Source: Mobula hypostoma
Lineage: Eukaryota
NCBI RefSeq assembly: GCF_963921235.1
Contig: NC_086098.1
Location: 4,402,001 to 4,466,000 of the forward strand
Direction of reading: 5' to 3'
Length of the DNA: 64,000 nucleotides
The position numbers were made by a program, and so were the translations under genes. Under the pieces are notes generated by a model. The model was not told the DNA's origin, did not search any database, and saw only the letters and a program-made list of their open reading frames with translations. Below, one piece after another: positions 45,434 to 57,430 of this stretch; within the stretch, counting starts at the first letter, position 1; each line of letters starts with the position of its first letter.

Positions 45434-46030
45434 CACGAGGAAATCTGCAGATGCTGCAATTTCAAGCAACACACATAAAAGTTGCTGATGAACGCAGCAG
45501 GCCAGGCAGCATCTCTAGGAAGAGGTACAGTCGACATTTCAGGTCGAGACCCTTCGTCAGGACTAACTGAAGGAAGAGCTAGTAAGAGATTTGAAAGTGG
45601 GAGGGGGAGGGGGAGATCCAAAATGATAGGGGAAGACAGGAGGGGGAGGGATGGAGCCAAGAGCTGGACAGGTGATAGGCAAAAGGGATACGAGAGGATC
45701 ATGGGACAGGAGGCCCAGGGAGAAGGAAAAGGGCGGGGGGGGGGAACCCAGAGAATGGGCAAGGGGTATAGTGAGAGGGACAGGGAGAAAAAGGAGAGAG
45801 AGAGAAAGAATGTGTGTATATGAATAAATAAGGGATAGGGTACGAGGGGGAGGTGGGGCATAAGTGGAAGTTGAGAAGTCAGTGTTCATGCCATCAGGTT
45901 GGAGGCTACCCAGACGGAATATAAGGTGTTGTTCCTCCAACCTGAGTGTGGCTTCATCTTTACAGTAGAGGAGGCCGTGGATAGACATGTCAGAATGGGA
46001 ATGGGATGTGGAATTAAAATGTGTGGCTGC
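45434..46030 (-). mobile_element. Penelope 3' fragment with complete pLTR, nested antisense
   Basis: MSIHGLLYCKDEATLRLEEQHLIFRLGSLQPDGMNTDFS followed by a pLTR closely similar to 49225-49650. Confidence 0.88.
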
Positions 46031-46154
46031 TGGAAGATCCTGCTTTCTCTGGTGGACAGAGGTGACACGTCACACTGCGACTCGGTTGGGGTCAGCTGCT
46101 GTATCCGATGGTCCCAGTGTGGCCTCTTGTTTATAGACCTGACGTAGATTGGGC

Positions 46155-46700
46155 ATGTCAAGATGGTTGTTGTGATGTGTCTAGTGTTATAGTGAAAAGG
46201 AGACCTGAGTATGTAAGTCTCTGCCTGCCGGTACGCAGCCTCTCCAACAGCAAGCCTCATGCAGTGCCTCCTTGCTGGCAACACACAGAAACTGAACTCC
46301 TTTTGGACTGCGGCTGAACTGTAGAGGATAGGGAGGAGGTCTGGCCCCTGCACACGTCGCAAGCCCCACTGGTGTGTGGACACGCCCTGGTGCTCATGAG
46401 CCAGATCCCCAGCTATGGGTAAATAGCTCCACTGCCTTGTGGGCAGCCTTGGGAGAGACGAAGGCTACGGGAGTAAACCCAGACAACAGATCCAGAGTGG
46501 AGCCCCTAAAGCGGCTGAGCGTCACTGAAAATCCTTCCGGGAGCTCCTGCAGCAAAGCTGTTGCCAAACTTACTGCTTTGTAAGCTTTCCTTTGGACTTC
46601 CCTGGTGAGGCAGAGAGGTGGATTGATGACTGGGCATCTCAGGGTCTCCATGCCTTCAGCCCAGACTTATGATGATGCTAATTATCACCCATTGTCCTTT
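46155..46700 (+). mobile_element. Probable RTE-related non-autonomous element inserted in the Penelope copy; a possibly related class at ~47820-48060 (-)
   Basis: Discrete block interrupting the Penelope endonuclease and ending near gatgatg. The family call rests on recalled resemblance only. Confidence 0.35.
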
Positions 46701-48237
46701 GAGATGGACGGATGCTGCTTCACCAAGCACCTTCTCTCCATCTGCTACAAAAAGTGGGATCTCGCGGTGGCCACCCATTTCAATTCTACTTCCCGTTCCC
46801 ATTTTGACATGTCAGTCCATGGCGTACTCTACAGCCAGGATGAGGCCACACCCAGGTTGGAGGAATAGCACCTTATGTTCCATCTGGATAACCTCCAACC
46901 TGATGGCATGAACATCGATTTTGCTAACTTCTGGTAATAGCTCCCACCCCCACATCACCATTCCCCATTCCTGTGTCTCCTTCTCACCTTGTCTCCTTAC
47001 CTGCCCATCATCTCCCTCTGGAACTCCTACCCCTTTCCTCTCTTCCATGGTCTTCTGTCCTCTCCTGTCAGATCTCCCCTTCTCCAGCCCTTTATTTCTT
47101 TCACCAATTAGCTTCCCAGCTCTTACCCCTCCACCTTTCCCTGGTTTCACCTATCACCTGCCACCTTGTACTTCTTCCTCCATCTTCTTACTCTGACTTC
47201 TCCTCTTCCTTTCCAGTGTTAGTGATGGATCTCAGCCTGAAATGCTGACTGTTTATTCATTTCCATAGATGCTGTCTCACCTGCTGAGTTACTCCAGCAT
47301 TTTGTGTGTGTTGCTTTGGATTTCCAGCAGCTGCAGATTTTCTTGGGTTTGAAATGTAGTGAAATCTTGTGAGGGGATTCTTTTGTTTTTTCATTTGAAT
47401 TTTTTCCTCCTGTGTTTGTCTTGTAGTTTGCTTTATTAATATTTGGCGTAGACAGGATGGGCCGTAGAGCCTGTTTCTGTGCTGTAGTTTTCTATGACAC
47501 TATTAAAGCCCAGCACAGGCTTTTTGGCCCACAATGCTTGACCCTTCCCTCTATCATCCATGTGTCCGAAGAGTCTCTTAAATGTCCTTAATGTACCTGC
47601 CTCTACCACCACCCCAACAGGGCACTCCATGTACCCACCTCTCTCTGTAAAGTACATCCCAAGAGATAGTTTATATCTAAAATTGTATCAGTTGGTTGTA
47701 ATGAACTTAAGATGCAGCTGCAGGACGTGAAGATATCTACAGAAGACAGACCAAAAATGGACTGGAATCTGGAACCCTTTGACAATTGATATAATTTAAA
47801 GATTCTTTTAAAAACACATACTTCAGCCCATCACCTGTACTGGGGCACAGGCTTGTCAGAGTCCTCTGTCCTGGGCCAGTCTTTCAGGTTGTCCCCAGGT
47901 GTAGCTCACCTTCGAAGATCCTTCCTCTCCCTGGGATGAAACCTTTGGACCTACTGGTAGCATTTCTGTAGCTCTGGGATTTTGCGAGAATTGCTAGTCC
48001 CTTGCCCAACCTCCCTCCTCCCTCGGCCATGCTTGGGACCGTCCATTGCAGAGTTTTAAAATCCAATGCTGAGGGGGTTATTTTACTGCCTCGCAAATCA
48101 GTTTGTCTGGTTTACTGAATTAAACGACATACATTTGTGCTCTTTTGAAGAAAATACTTGTAATTTCTAATTAAGTCCTTATGTAATATACAAATTTATC
48201 TTATCAGTTATGGCTAGCTCCGTACATATACATCTTA

Positions 48238-49650
48238 TGCAACACACATAAAAATGTTGGTGAATGCAGCAGGCCAGGCAGCATCTATAGGAAGAGGTAC
48301 AGTCGATGTTTCAGGCCAAACCCCTTCATCAGGACTAACTGAAAGAAGAGCTAGTAAGAGATTTGAAAGTGGGAGGGGGAGGGGAGATCCGAAATGATAG
48401 GAGAAGACAGGAGGGGGAAGGGATGGAGCTAAGAGCTGGGAAGTTGATTGGCAACTCCGTCTCCGCCACATCTGCTCTCAGGATGAGGCTTTTCATTCCA
48501 GGATGAAGGAGATGTCCTTTTTTAAAGAAAGGGGCTTCCCTTCCTTCACCATCAAATCTGCTCTCAAACGCATCTCTCCCATTTCACGCACATCTGCTCT
48601 CACCCCATCCTCCCGCCACCCCTCACCTACCACCCCAATAGCCACCGGGTCCAACATATTCTCCATAACTTCCGCCACTTCCAACGGGATCCCACCACCA
48701 AGCATATCTTTTCATCCCCCCCCCCCCCCCGCTTTCCACAGGGATCGCTCCCTATGCGATTCCCTTGTCCATTTGTCCCCCCCATCCCTTCTCACCGATC
48801 TCCCTCCCGGCACTTATCCTTGTAAGGGGAACAAGTGCTACACCTGCCCTTACACTTCCTCCCTCACTACCATTCAGGGCCCCAGACAGTCCTTCCAGGT
48901 GAGGCGACACTTCACCTGTGAGTCGGCTGGGGTGATGTACTGCGTCCGGTACTCCCGATGTGGCCTTCTATATATTGGCGAGACCTGACGCAGGCTGGGA
49001 GATCATTTCACTGAACACCTATGCTTTGTCCGCCAGGGAAGGCAGGATCTCCCAGTGGCCGCACATCTTAATTCCACGTCCCATTCCCGTTCTGATATGT
49101 CTATCCATGGCCTCCTCTACTGTAAAGATGAAGCCACACTCAGGTTGGAGGAACAGCACCTTATATTCCGACTGGGTAGCCTCCAACCCAATGGCATGAA
49201 CATTGACTTCTCTAACTTCTGTTAATGCCCCACCTCCCCTTCGTACCCCAATCCATTATTTAATTATTTATTATGATTAATTTTTTTTCTCTCTCCTTTT
49301 TCTCCCTCTGTCCCTCTCACTATACCCCTTGCCCATCCTGTGGGCTTCACCCCTCCCCCTTTTCCTTCTCCCTGGGCCTCCTGTCCCATGATCCTCTCAT
49401 ATCCCTTTTGCCAATCAACTGTCCAGCTCTTGGCTCCATCCCTCCCCCTCCTGTCTTCTCCTATCATTTCGGATCTCCCCTCCCTCTCCCACTTTCAAAT
49501 CTCTTACTAACTCTTCTTTCAGTTAGTCCTGACGAAGGGTCTCGGCCTGAAACATCCACTGTACCTCTTCCTGTAGATGCTGCCTGGCCTGCTGCGTTCA
49601 GCATTTTTATGTGTGTTACTTGAAATTCCAGCATCTGCAGATTTCCTCAT
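48238..49650 (+). mobile_element. 5'-truncated Penelope element with an inverted partial pLTR at its 5' end
   Basis: ORF 48503-48988 ...PGTYPCKGNKCYTCPY...FQVRRHFTCESAGVMYCVRYSRCGLLYIGET* is a GIY-YIG domain with a premature stop. 48238-48453 is the reverse complement of ~49408-49620. Confidence 0.92.
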
Positions 49651-49736
49651 ATGTACATCTTATTCCCATTTTTGTTCATGAGTTGTGGATGAGGGTTTCA
49701 ATTCGACTGGTGTTGTTGAGGTTTTCTTTGTGTAAC

Positions 49737-49818
49737 CAGGAGTTCCCAACCTGAAGTCCATGGACTTCTCAGTTAATGGTAAGGGTCCATGGCATTAAAA
49801 AAAGGTTGGGAACCCCTG
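49737..49818. mobile_element. 82-bp hAT-type MITE
   Basis: TIRs CAGGAGTTCCCAACC / GGTTGGGAACCCCTG (14/15); no clean TSD. Confidence 0.6.
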
Positions 49819-50269
49819 CTTTAAGCAAAGGGGGTTGAGAGGAGATTTTTAAGATTGTTGAAGACATTGGATGAGGTCCATGGAGAAAACGTGCTCTCAT
49901 TCAAGGATGAGGGGTACAATTGGTTAAAGTATTAGGAGGCAGTTATTGGGGGAGTGCAAAGAATGGTTCTGATCTGGACTGTGGGGATCGTGGAAGTGAA
50001 GTAATTCAGAACTTTTCATTAGGAATTGGATAGGCATGAGGTAAAATGGTTTTCAGGGTATTGGGGAAAGAATGAGACAATAGGGCAGACTACTTTCCCC
50101 TACAAAAAGCTGCATGAAATAAATAACCTGGGACCTCAGTTCTTGTGTGGACCAGGTCTCCATGCCACAGCATCGCCTGTACCTGCCTTCCAAGGGAGAT
50201 GGTGTGTGAGAGAACACAGGCACAGTGAGAGCCCTGGAATTCATGCTGGGTTGGGGACTGGCCCCTGCA

Positions 50270-50600
50270 GGCCAGCTCTCCCGTTGGTCCTGCTCTCCAG
50301 TGTTTGCTCCCTGGAAGACGAGCTGGATTGCCTTCAGCAGCAGCTGACCCAGTACGAGATGAGGAACTGCTACGTGGTTTTTCATACAGCAGTGTGGCTC
50401 CAAGACAGCACGTATCATCAATCTTCAGGCCATGCCATTCCGGGACTTTGTGCTAGTATATTTTGTGACTGTATGTGCTATTGTAACTATATGTGCTGGG
50501 TGCTCTGTGTGACTATGTACTGTGTTGTGCACATTGGCCCCGGAGGAAAGTTGTTTAGTTGTGTGCATGTGTTTCCTTGAATGACAAACTTGAATGATTC
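50270..50600 (+). mobile_element. Decayed Rex1/Babar-like fragment just upstream of exon 3
   Basis: LPLVLLSSVCSLEDELDCL...EMRNCYVVFHTAVWLQD resembles the N-terminus of a Rex1-type endonuclease, joined to a tail-like segment. Confidence 0.45.
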
Positions 50601-50698
50601 TATGCTATGTTTTGTAATTGACAGTTGTGCTTCTATTGGAAGCTGTTGTCTAAAGATAACACAGATGTTTTACCAGTGTTGTTATTTTGCCTTTCCAG

Positions 50699-50998
50699 AA
50701 CGTTCCAATCAATGAGACGTCCAAGCAGCTGCAGGAGCACAGACTTCCCAAAGTCACTTTGAATCAATACCCAGTAGCCATTACACAAGTTCCAAAAGGC
50801 AAGCTGAGTATTGTGGAAGTTCTTGCTGTTCTCAACAACCACAAGCTCCATCCCGAAGTATGGACTGCTGAAAAAATTGCTGAAGATTACAGTCTAGAAC
50901 TTAGAGAAGTAGAAGGGTTGCTGGAATACTTCAAACCCTTCGAAATGAAGATTCTACCTCCAAAGCAAAAGAACAAGGAACTGATATCAGCTAGGTGA
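50699..50998 (+). CDS. NDUFAF4: NDUFAF4 coding exon 3 (300 nt including TGA); spliced protein 173 aa
   Basis: Acceptor ttttgcctttccag|AAC, phase 0. Encodes ...EHRLPK...VPKGKLSIVEVLAVLNNHKLHPEVWTAEKIAEDYSLE...LLEYFKPFEMKILPP, matching the NDUFAF4 C-terminus (PKGK.SIVE.L..LNNHKL.PE.WTAEKI). Confidence 0.96.
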   Translation, partial: NVPINETSKQLQEHRLPKVTLNQYPVAITQVPKGKLSIVEVLAVLNNHKLHPEVWTAEKIAEDYSLELREVEGLLEYFKPFEMKILPPKQKNKELISAR

Positions 50999-51195
50999 TA
51001 GTCTGCACAATTTCAGTCAATATACTTTATGAAAAGGTACCAAATGTTATTTTTTTAATTTATGATGTACAACATGTGCAAGTAATGGGAATGTTATGGA
51101 TATTATGTCTTAACGCTTCAGACCTATGCTGTAACATGTGTAAATTGGTGCAGAACTGCTAACCTGTCAATTAGTCCTGACCCACACCACAAAAC

Positions 51196-51483
51196 ATGCG
51201 CCATGGTGGCGTGCCACTTTGATGCCGTTACAGCCCAGGGCTTTCCAGAGTTCAATTCCGGCACCATCTGTAAGGATTCTGTACTTCCTCCCTGTGAACT
51301 TTGTGGGATTCCTGCAGGTCTGCTGATTTCTCCCACAGTCCATAGACATACCGGTTAATAGGTTAATCAGTCATTGATGAATTGTCCTGTAATTATGCTA
51401 GTTTTAAATGGGTGGGCTCCGGCCGGTGCAGCTGACTGAGCTAGAAGGGCCTGTTCCGTGCTGTATCTCTAAATAAAATAAAA
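51196..51483 (+). mobile_element. HE1/V-SINE-like SINE in the presumed NDUFAF4 3' UTR
   Basis: gagttcaattccggc B-box-like motif, V-domain-like gatttctcccacagtccatagac, CR1-type tail gaagggcctgttccgtgctgtatctctaaataaaataaa. Confidence 0.78.
51472..51482 (+). terminator. Candidate NDUFAF4 polyadenylation signal (two overlapping AATAAA); alternative AATAAA at 51672-51677
   Basis: First canonical AATAAA after the stop codon, followed by T/GT-rich sequence. It lies in a SINE tail. Confidence 0.45.
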
Positions 51484-52106
51484 CATTGTCACTGCAGTTT
51501 AGTGTCTGTTTGCATTGTGTTTCAATGTGGTGTTCACTGAACCTTTGATCAAAGCATTGGGCATATCAAACTTTGGCATTGAGAGGTGGTTTGTTTTGTT
51601 TTGAATCTTTCACTATGTATGGTGCAAATATGCTTATTTGCTACACATCCTGCAGAATTATGTAAAACACCAATAAATTAAAAGTCAAAGTGGAGTTCAT
51701 TGCCAAGTGCACAAGTACATGTATGTGCAGGTGCAATGAAAAACTAACTTGCAGCATCGTCACAGGTACACAGCATCAAATAAGCAGTATTCACAGGAAC
51801 AAACATTAATTAAAGACAAATTATACACAATTTTTACAAGAACGCATAACTACAAAAAATAAAATCCCATTTTAAGTGCTGTCTGGCTGAAGTGTTGCAC
51901 TTTTGAGAAATGATACCATATTCGCCCCTTGAGAGCACGTACCAAATAAAATAATTAAAACACTATGGAAGCAGTCCTCAGTCCCAATCAACATCCTCAG
52001 CCTAAACAACCGAAGGTACTCCTCTCATTGCTCTTTGTGCCCCTTGCTGTAAGTTTGCCTTGTTTGCTTCCGTTTCAATAAATTTATAGGTATATATGTA
52101 CATATA

Positions 52107-53700
52107 AAGTGGCATGCAAAAGTTTGGGCACCCCTGGTCAAAATTTCTGTCACCGTGAATAGCTAAGCGAGTAAAAGATGACCTGATTTCCAAAAGGCAT
52201 AAAGTTAAAGATGACACATTTCTTTAATATTTTAAGCAAGATTACTTTTTTATTTCCATCTTTTACAGTTTCAAAATAACAAAAAAGGAAAAGGGCCTGA
52301 AGCAAAAGTTTCGGCACCCTGCATGGTCAGTACTTAGTAACACCCCCTTTGGCAAGTATCACAGCTTGTAAATGCTAAGAGTCTTTCCATTCTTGTTTGG
52401 GGGATTTTCGCCCATTCTTGCAAAAGCCTTCTAGTTCTGTGAGATTCTTGGACCGTCTTGCATGCAGTGTTCTTTTGAGGTCTATCCACTGATTTTTGAT
52501 GATGTTTAGGTCGGGGGACTGTGAGGGCCATGGCAAAACCTTCAGCTTGTGCCTCTTGAGGTAGCCCATTGTGGATTTTGAGGTGTGTTTAGGATCATAA
52601 TCCTGTTGTAGAAGCCATCCTCTTTTCATCTTTGGCTTTTTTTTTACAGACTGTGATGTTTGCTTCCAGAATTTGCTGGTATTTAATTGAATTCATTCTT
52701 CCCTCTACCAGTGAATTGTTCCCTGTGCCACTGACTGCAACACAAGCCCAATGCATGATCGATCCACCCCCATGCTTAACAGTTGGAGAGGTTTCCTTTT
52801 CATGAATTTCTGCACCCCTTTTTCTCCAATCATACCTTTGCTCACTGCGGCCAAAAAGTTCTATTTTAACTTCTTCAGTCCACAGGACTTGTTTCCAAAA
52901 TGCATCAGGCTTGTTTAGATGTTCCTTTGCAAACTTCTGACGCTGAATTTTGTGGTGAGGACACAGGAAAGGTTTTCTTCCGATGACTCTTCCATGAAGA
53001 TCATATTTGTTTAGGTGTCGCTGCACAGTAGAACAGTGCACCACCACTCCAGAGTCTGCTAAATCTTCCCGAAGGTCTTTTGCAGTCACACGGGGGTTTT
53101 GATTTACCTTTCTCGCAATCCTACGAGCAGTTCTCTCGGAAAGTTTTCTTGGTCTTCCAGACCTCAACTTGGCCTCCACCGTTCCTGTTAACTGCCATTT
53201 CTTAATTACATTACGAACTGAGGTAACGGCTACCTGAAAATGCTTTGCTATCTTCTTATAGCCTTCTCCTGCTTTGTGGGCATCATTTATTTTAATTTTC
53301 AGAGTGCTAGGCAGCTGCTTAGAGGAGCCCATGGCTGCTGATTGTTGGGACAAGGTTTGAGGAGTCAGGGTATTTATAAAGCTTTGAAATTTGCATCACC
53401 TGGCCTTTCCTAACGATGACTGTGAACAAGCTATAGCCCTAACAAGCCAATTAAGGTCTGAGACCTTGGTAAAAGTTATCTGAGAGCTCAAATCTCTTGG
53501 GGTGCCCAAACTTTTGCATGGTGCTCCTTTTTTCCACTCTAAAATTGTACAACACAAAAATAATGCACTAAACTTGCTTAAAATGTTGAAAAGAATGTTT
53601 CATCTTTAACTTTATCACTTTTGGAGATCAGTTCACCTACTCAACTATTGACAGTAACAGAAATTTTGGCCAGGGGTGCCCAAACTTTTGCATGCCACCG
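52107..53700 (-). mobile_element. Full-length (1594 bp) Tc1-family transposon of IR/DR type
   Basis: About 200-bp imperfect TIRs starting (c)rGTGGCATGCAAAAGTTTGGGCACCCCTGG, with inner direct repeats at ~52302-52320 and ~53499-53520; flanked by TA at 52105-52106 and 53701-53702. Confidence 0.95.
52327..53332 (-). pseudogene. Inactivated DD34E-type Tc1 transposase
   Basis: MGSSKQL...GEGYKKIAK...RSGRPRK...VLWTEEVKIELFG...KHGGGSIM; frameshift near 52650; QQDYDPKH...WPSQSPDLNIIKN. The first catalytic Asp reads Glu, the catalytic Glu reads Lys, and there are further indels near the C-terminus. Confidence 0.92.
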
Positions 53701-55042
53701 TATATGTATATATGTGTGTATGTATGTATATGAATTGATTTATTATTGTCACACATACAGTGAAAAGTTTGCATATCGTTCAGACAGATCAAATCGTTAT
53801 GCAATGCATTAAGGCAGAACAAGGTAAAGCAGTGAGAATGCAGAACAAAGTGCAAATTCATAATGAGTTAGCTTGTGAGGTCCAGGAGTCTATATACTTT
53901 TTATATTTGTATGTTTTTAGGCCATCTTTGTTACATCAAGTGGTTCTGAAAGTTACCATATAGTCCCTACTCTCTCATTATATTTCATGCCAGGTATCAT
54001 CTTTTGGATGACTGTCCAATTTACTGCATTCAAACATATTTTTAATGGCGGCTATATAAAGTAATCCTATCTATATATAGCCAAAAACAACAGTTAATTG
54101 TTCAGTGTTTCATAAGGTTGCTTTTATATTGATATATTTTGTGATTTTATATGCTGCATTGGATCCGGAGTAATAATCGTTAATATGTGTTGCTTGGATT
54201 TCCAGTATCTGCAGATTTTTTCTTCTTTGTAGTATAGTTTTCCTTCTTTCCACTCAAGTATTGAAGAATGACAGTAAACATCTTGAATCTTGAAATCTGA
54301 ACACATTTAGTGGGTAAGTGATCAAAAACATTGAAGTGACCAGTAGAGGGAGCAGTGTGATAGTATAATCGGATAAGTACCGTATCATTACCAGAGGGAA
54401 GGCTCATTTAACAGGTTTTACTGAACTTTTAATCTATTTTCTACACTACATTTTTAAGTAGATTTTGTGATAACCATTGTATTTTAGTCAAATTTGCAAA
54501 TGTGGGAAAAGAGAATGTAGAAATTGTAATGTTGATTTATGGAAAAAGCGATTTTGAAGCCACTTCATTGCCAGTTACACATCCCTGATTTCCAACCTAC
54601 GAAATGAAAAATGAATAAGGTGCTGTTGTCTGCTTCTGTATTCCAGTTTGACACAGAGAAAAGAAAAATGGGGTAGGTACTGGGGATTAGAAGTTAAAAT
54701 AGAAAATGTCCAAAATCTTAGCTTGTCAGACTGCATCAATGGACAACTAATATTCTACTTTAATAACTTTTTACAATGACTAGAAAAGGTTAGTTATAGT
54801 AGGATTTATGCCACTGTAGAACCAGTTCAGCACAGTACAGGTCCACAATGTTATGCCGACCTACAGTATATAAACCTGCCCCACAATCAATCTAAACCTT
54901 CCCTCCTACACAGTCCACAAATCTCCATTTTTATTGCATCCTTGTGCCTATCTGAGAGTCTCTAAATGTTCCTAATGTATCCGCCTCAACCACCACCCCT
55001 GGTGGCAGCATGATCCAGGAACCCAGCATTCTCTATCTCTGA

Positions 55043-55545
55043 CATAGAGGTACAGCACAGAAGCAGGTCTTTCAGCCAATCTAGCCTACTCCCATTGACC
55101 TGCACCGGGACCATAGCCCTCCATACTCCTACGTACCATGTGCCTATACAAAGGTTGCTTGATCATTGAAATCGAGCTTGCATGTACCACTTGTGCTGAC
55201 AGCTCATTCCACTCTCCCAACATCTGAGTGAAGAAGTTTCCTCTCACGTTCCCCTTAAACTTTTCACCTTTCACCCTTAACCTATGACTTCTGGTTGTTG
55301 TCCTGCCCAACCTCAGTGGAAAAATCCTGCTTGCATTTACCTTATCTGTACCTCTCATAATTTAGTATATCTCTGTCAAATTTCCCCTCAATTTTCAACA
55401 TTCTGAGGAATAAAGTCCTAACCTATTCAATCTTTCCTTATAACTTAGGTCTTCCAGACCCAGCAACATCCTTGTATATTTTCCCTGTGCTCTTTCAATC
55501 TTACTTGCATCTTTCCTGTAAGTAGCTGACCAAAACTGCACACAA
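55043..55545 (-). mobile_element. CR1 3' fragment (further CR1 pieces at ~47450-47650, 54830-55030 and 58620-58990)
   Basis: MRGTDKVNASRIFPLR...TRSHRLRVKGEKFKGNVRGNFFTQ is the CR1 ORF2 end. Confidence 0.82.
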
Positions 55546-56864
55546 AACACTAAACGTCTCTAAACTTCCCTCCACTCGCATTAAACAGATGTCGCACGGT
55601 ATTGGCCATTGGCACCCTGGCAAGAGGTACTGGCTGTTCACTCTGTCTGATCCTCTCACAATCTTATACACCTCTTCAATTTGCTTCTCACATACCAATG
55701 TAATTTTTATCATTTAATCTCCCCTTTCTATCACTTATTCCTTTCCTTTTCCTGTTCCCTTCCTGTATACTTACCAAAATGCTTTATATCACTGCAATAT
55801 TTTACAAGATATTAAAAGTTATCATCTGAAATATAAACTATTTATCTTTCCACAAATGCTGTTGAGCATTCCAATTACTGTCATTATTTATCCCAAGATT
55901 GTTTAATGTCATTTCCAGTACACAAGTGTAAAGGAGAACAAAATAATTGTTACTCTGGATCTGATACAGCACCAAAAAAAACACTAGGATAAAGACCACA
56001 ATAATAAAAAATCACTAAATATAAAGATTTAAGATAGCTTATGTACACAGATTGATTGTATGTCCATAAAGTGACACTAGGTTGTGCATAATGTGACTGA
56101 CAGGAAATGGTGAAGTAGTGGCAGTAAGGAGTGTGGTGGGGTGGGTCAGTGAGTGGAGATGGTTCTTTCAAATATATGATCAAGACTATGCATTAACAAT
56201 AATCCTCCATTCATAAACTGGCTTAAACACATTCATGTTTTTTTACATAAAAAGGAAGTAGGTATTTTTTCATTATAACTTGCTTGTGAGGAAGGCAACA
56301 GCATCTGTTCACGTGCGTTAGGGTTGGGGTTTCCCTGTTCTCCACAGGAGTATTATTGCAATCAATCTGATACAGAGCCACGTTTGCTCTAGAGCTATTA
56401 AAATACAAACTTCACAGCATCTTAGAAGTCTCTTCCCTTAGGCAGTTAATCTGATCAACCATTTCAATAACCCCTCCTCCCACCCCCCTCTGTCTATTTC
56501 CTCAGTCACTGCTCTGCACTGTAAACACTTTAAATCACTGTTTCTAATGCTGTTTACATTCTAAATACATGCAGGTATTCATAAATTTATACACATTTTA
56601 TTCAATATCCGTACTTAAGCCTCAAGTTTATTTTTTATATAATTCTTTATTTTTTATAATTGTTGAATGTTGTTTTTGTTGCTGTATTGCACAATATGCA
56701 ATGAAAAAAATTCAGCAATATAAACATAAAAATTATGTAAAAATAAACTCAAGTTAAAATACAGATATGGAAAAATATGCATAAAACACCAGAGCAATTC
56801 CTAATATATGTACAGTATGTAAATGTTTATGGCAGATACAGTTGATCAAACTCTTTGACGCAGT

Positions 56865-57430
56865 GTCACACAAAATGCTGGAGGAACTCAGCAGGTCCAG
56901 CAACATTTACGGAGAGGAGAAAACAGGTGAAGTTTTGGGCCGAGACCCTTCATTAGAATTGGAAAGGAAAGGAGTAGCCAGAATAATAAGGTGGCGGGTG
57001 GGGGAGGGACGATAAAGTAAGAAGCTGGGAGGTGATAGGTGGAAAAGGTAAAGGGCTGAAAGAAAAAGAACTCTGATAGGAGAGGAGAGTGGACCGTGGA
57101 AGAAAGGAAGGGCAACAAAGGGAGATAATAGGCAGGTGAGGAGAAGGGGTAAGGGGGGCCAGAATGGGGAATGGATAAAAAGAGAAGGAGCAAGATGAGG
57201 AGGGAGAAACTGCCAGAGTTGAGGGAAATTGTTCATGCCATCAGGTTGAGGACTATCCAGACAGTTTATGAGGTGGTGGTGCTCCTCCAGCCTGAGGGTG
57301 CCCTCATTTGCAGTCAAGGGAGCCATGGACTGATATGTCAGAATGTGCAGACATTCCTTTCCAGTCTTGATGAAGGGTCTTCGCCCAAAACGTCAACTGT
57401 TTATTTCCTTCCATAGAAGCTGCCTACTAA
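56865..57430 (-). mobile_element. Penelope 3' fragment with a short inverted pLTR piece (~57355-57430, +)
   Basis: EGTLRLEEHHHLINCLDSPQPDGMN plus a pyrimidine-rich pLTR on the minus strand; the opposite-orientation pLTR end is directly adjacent. Confidence 0.8.

Larger units (their letters stand above)
44293..47345 (+). mobile_element. Penelope-like element (RT C-terminus, GIY-YIG endonuclease, pLTR) broken by three insertions
   Basis: FFKERGF...TPLVLSYHPTSLRVQHII...PPGAYPC (44359-44827), resuming with CDSVGVSCCIRWSQCGLLFI (~46075-46140) and VATHFNS...DEATPRLEE.HL.FHL..LQPDGMNIDF (46705-46935), ending in the pLTR at ~47345. Confidence 0.82.

Noticed and set aside
50687..50998. Stand-alone 103-aa ORF starting at TTG
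   Set aside because: It is NDUFAF4 exon 3; the first 12 nt are the intronic polypyrimidine tract and AG acceptor.
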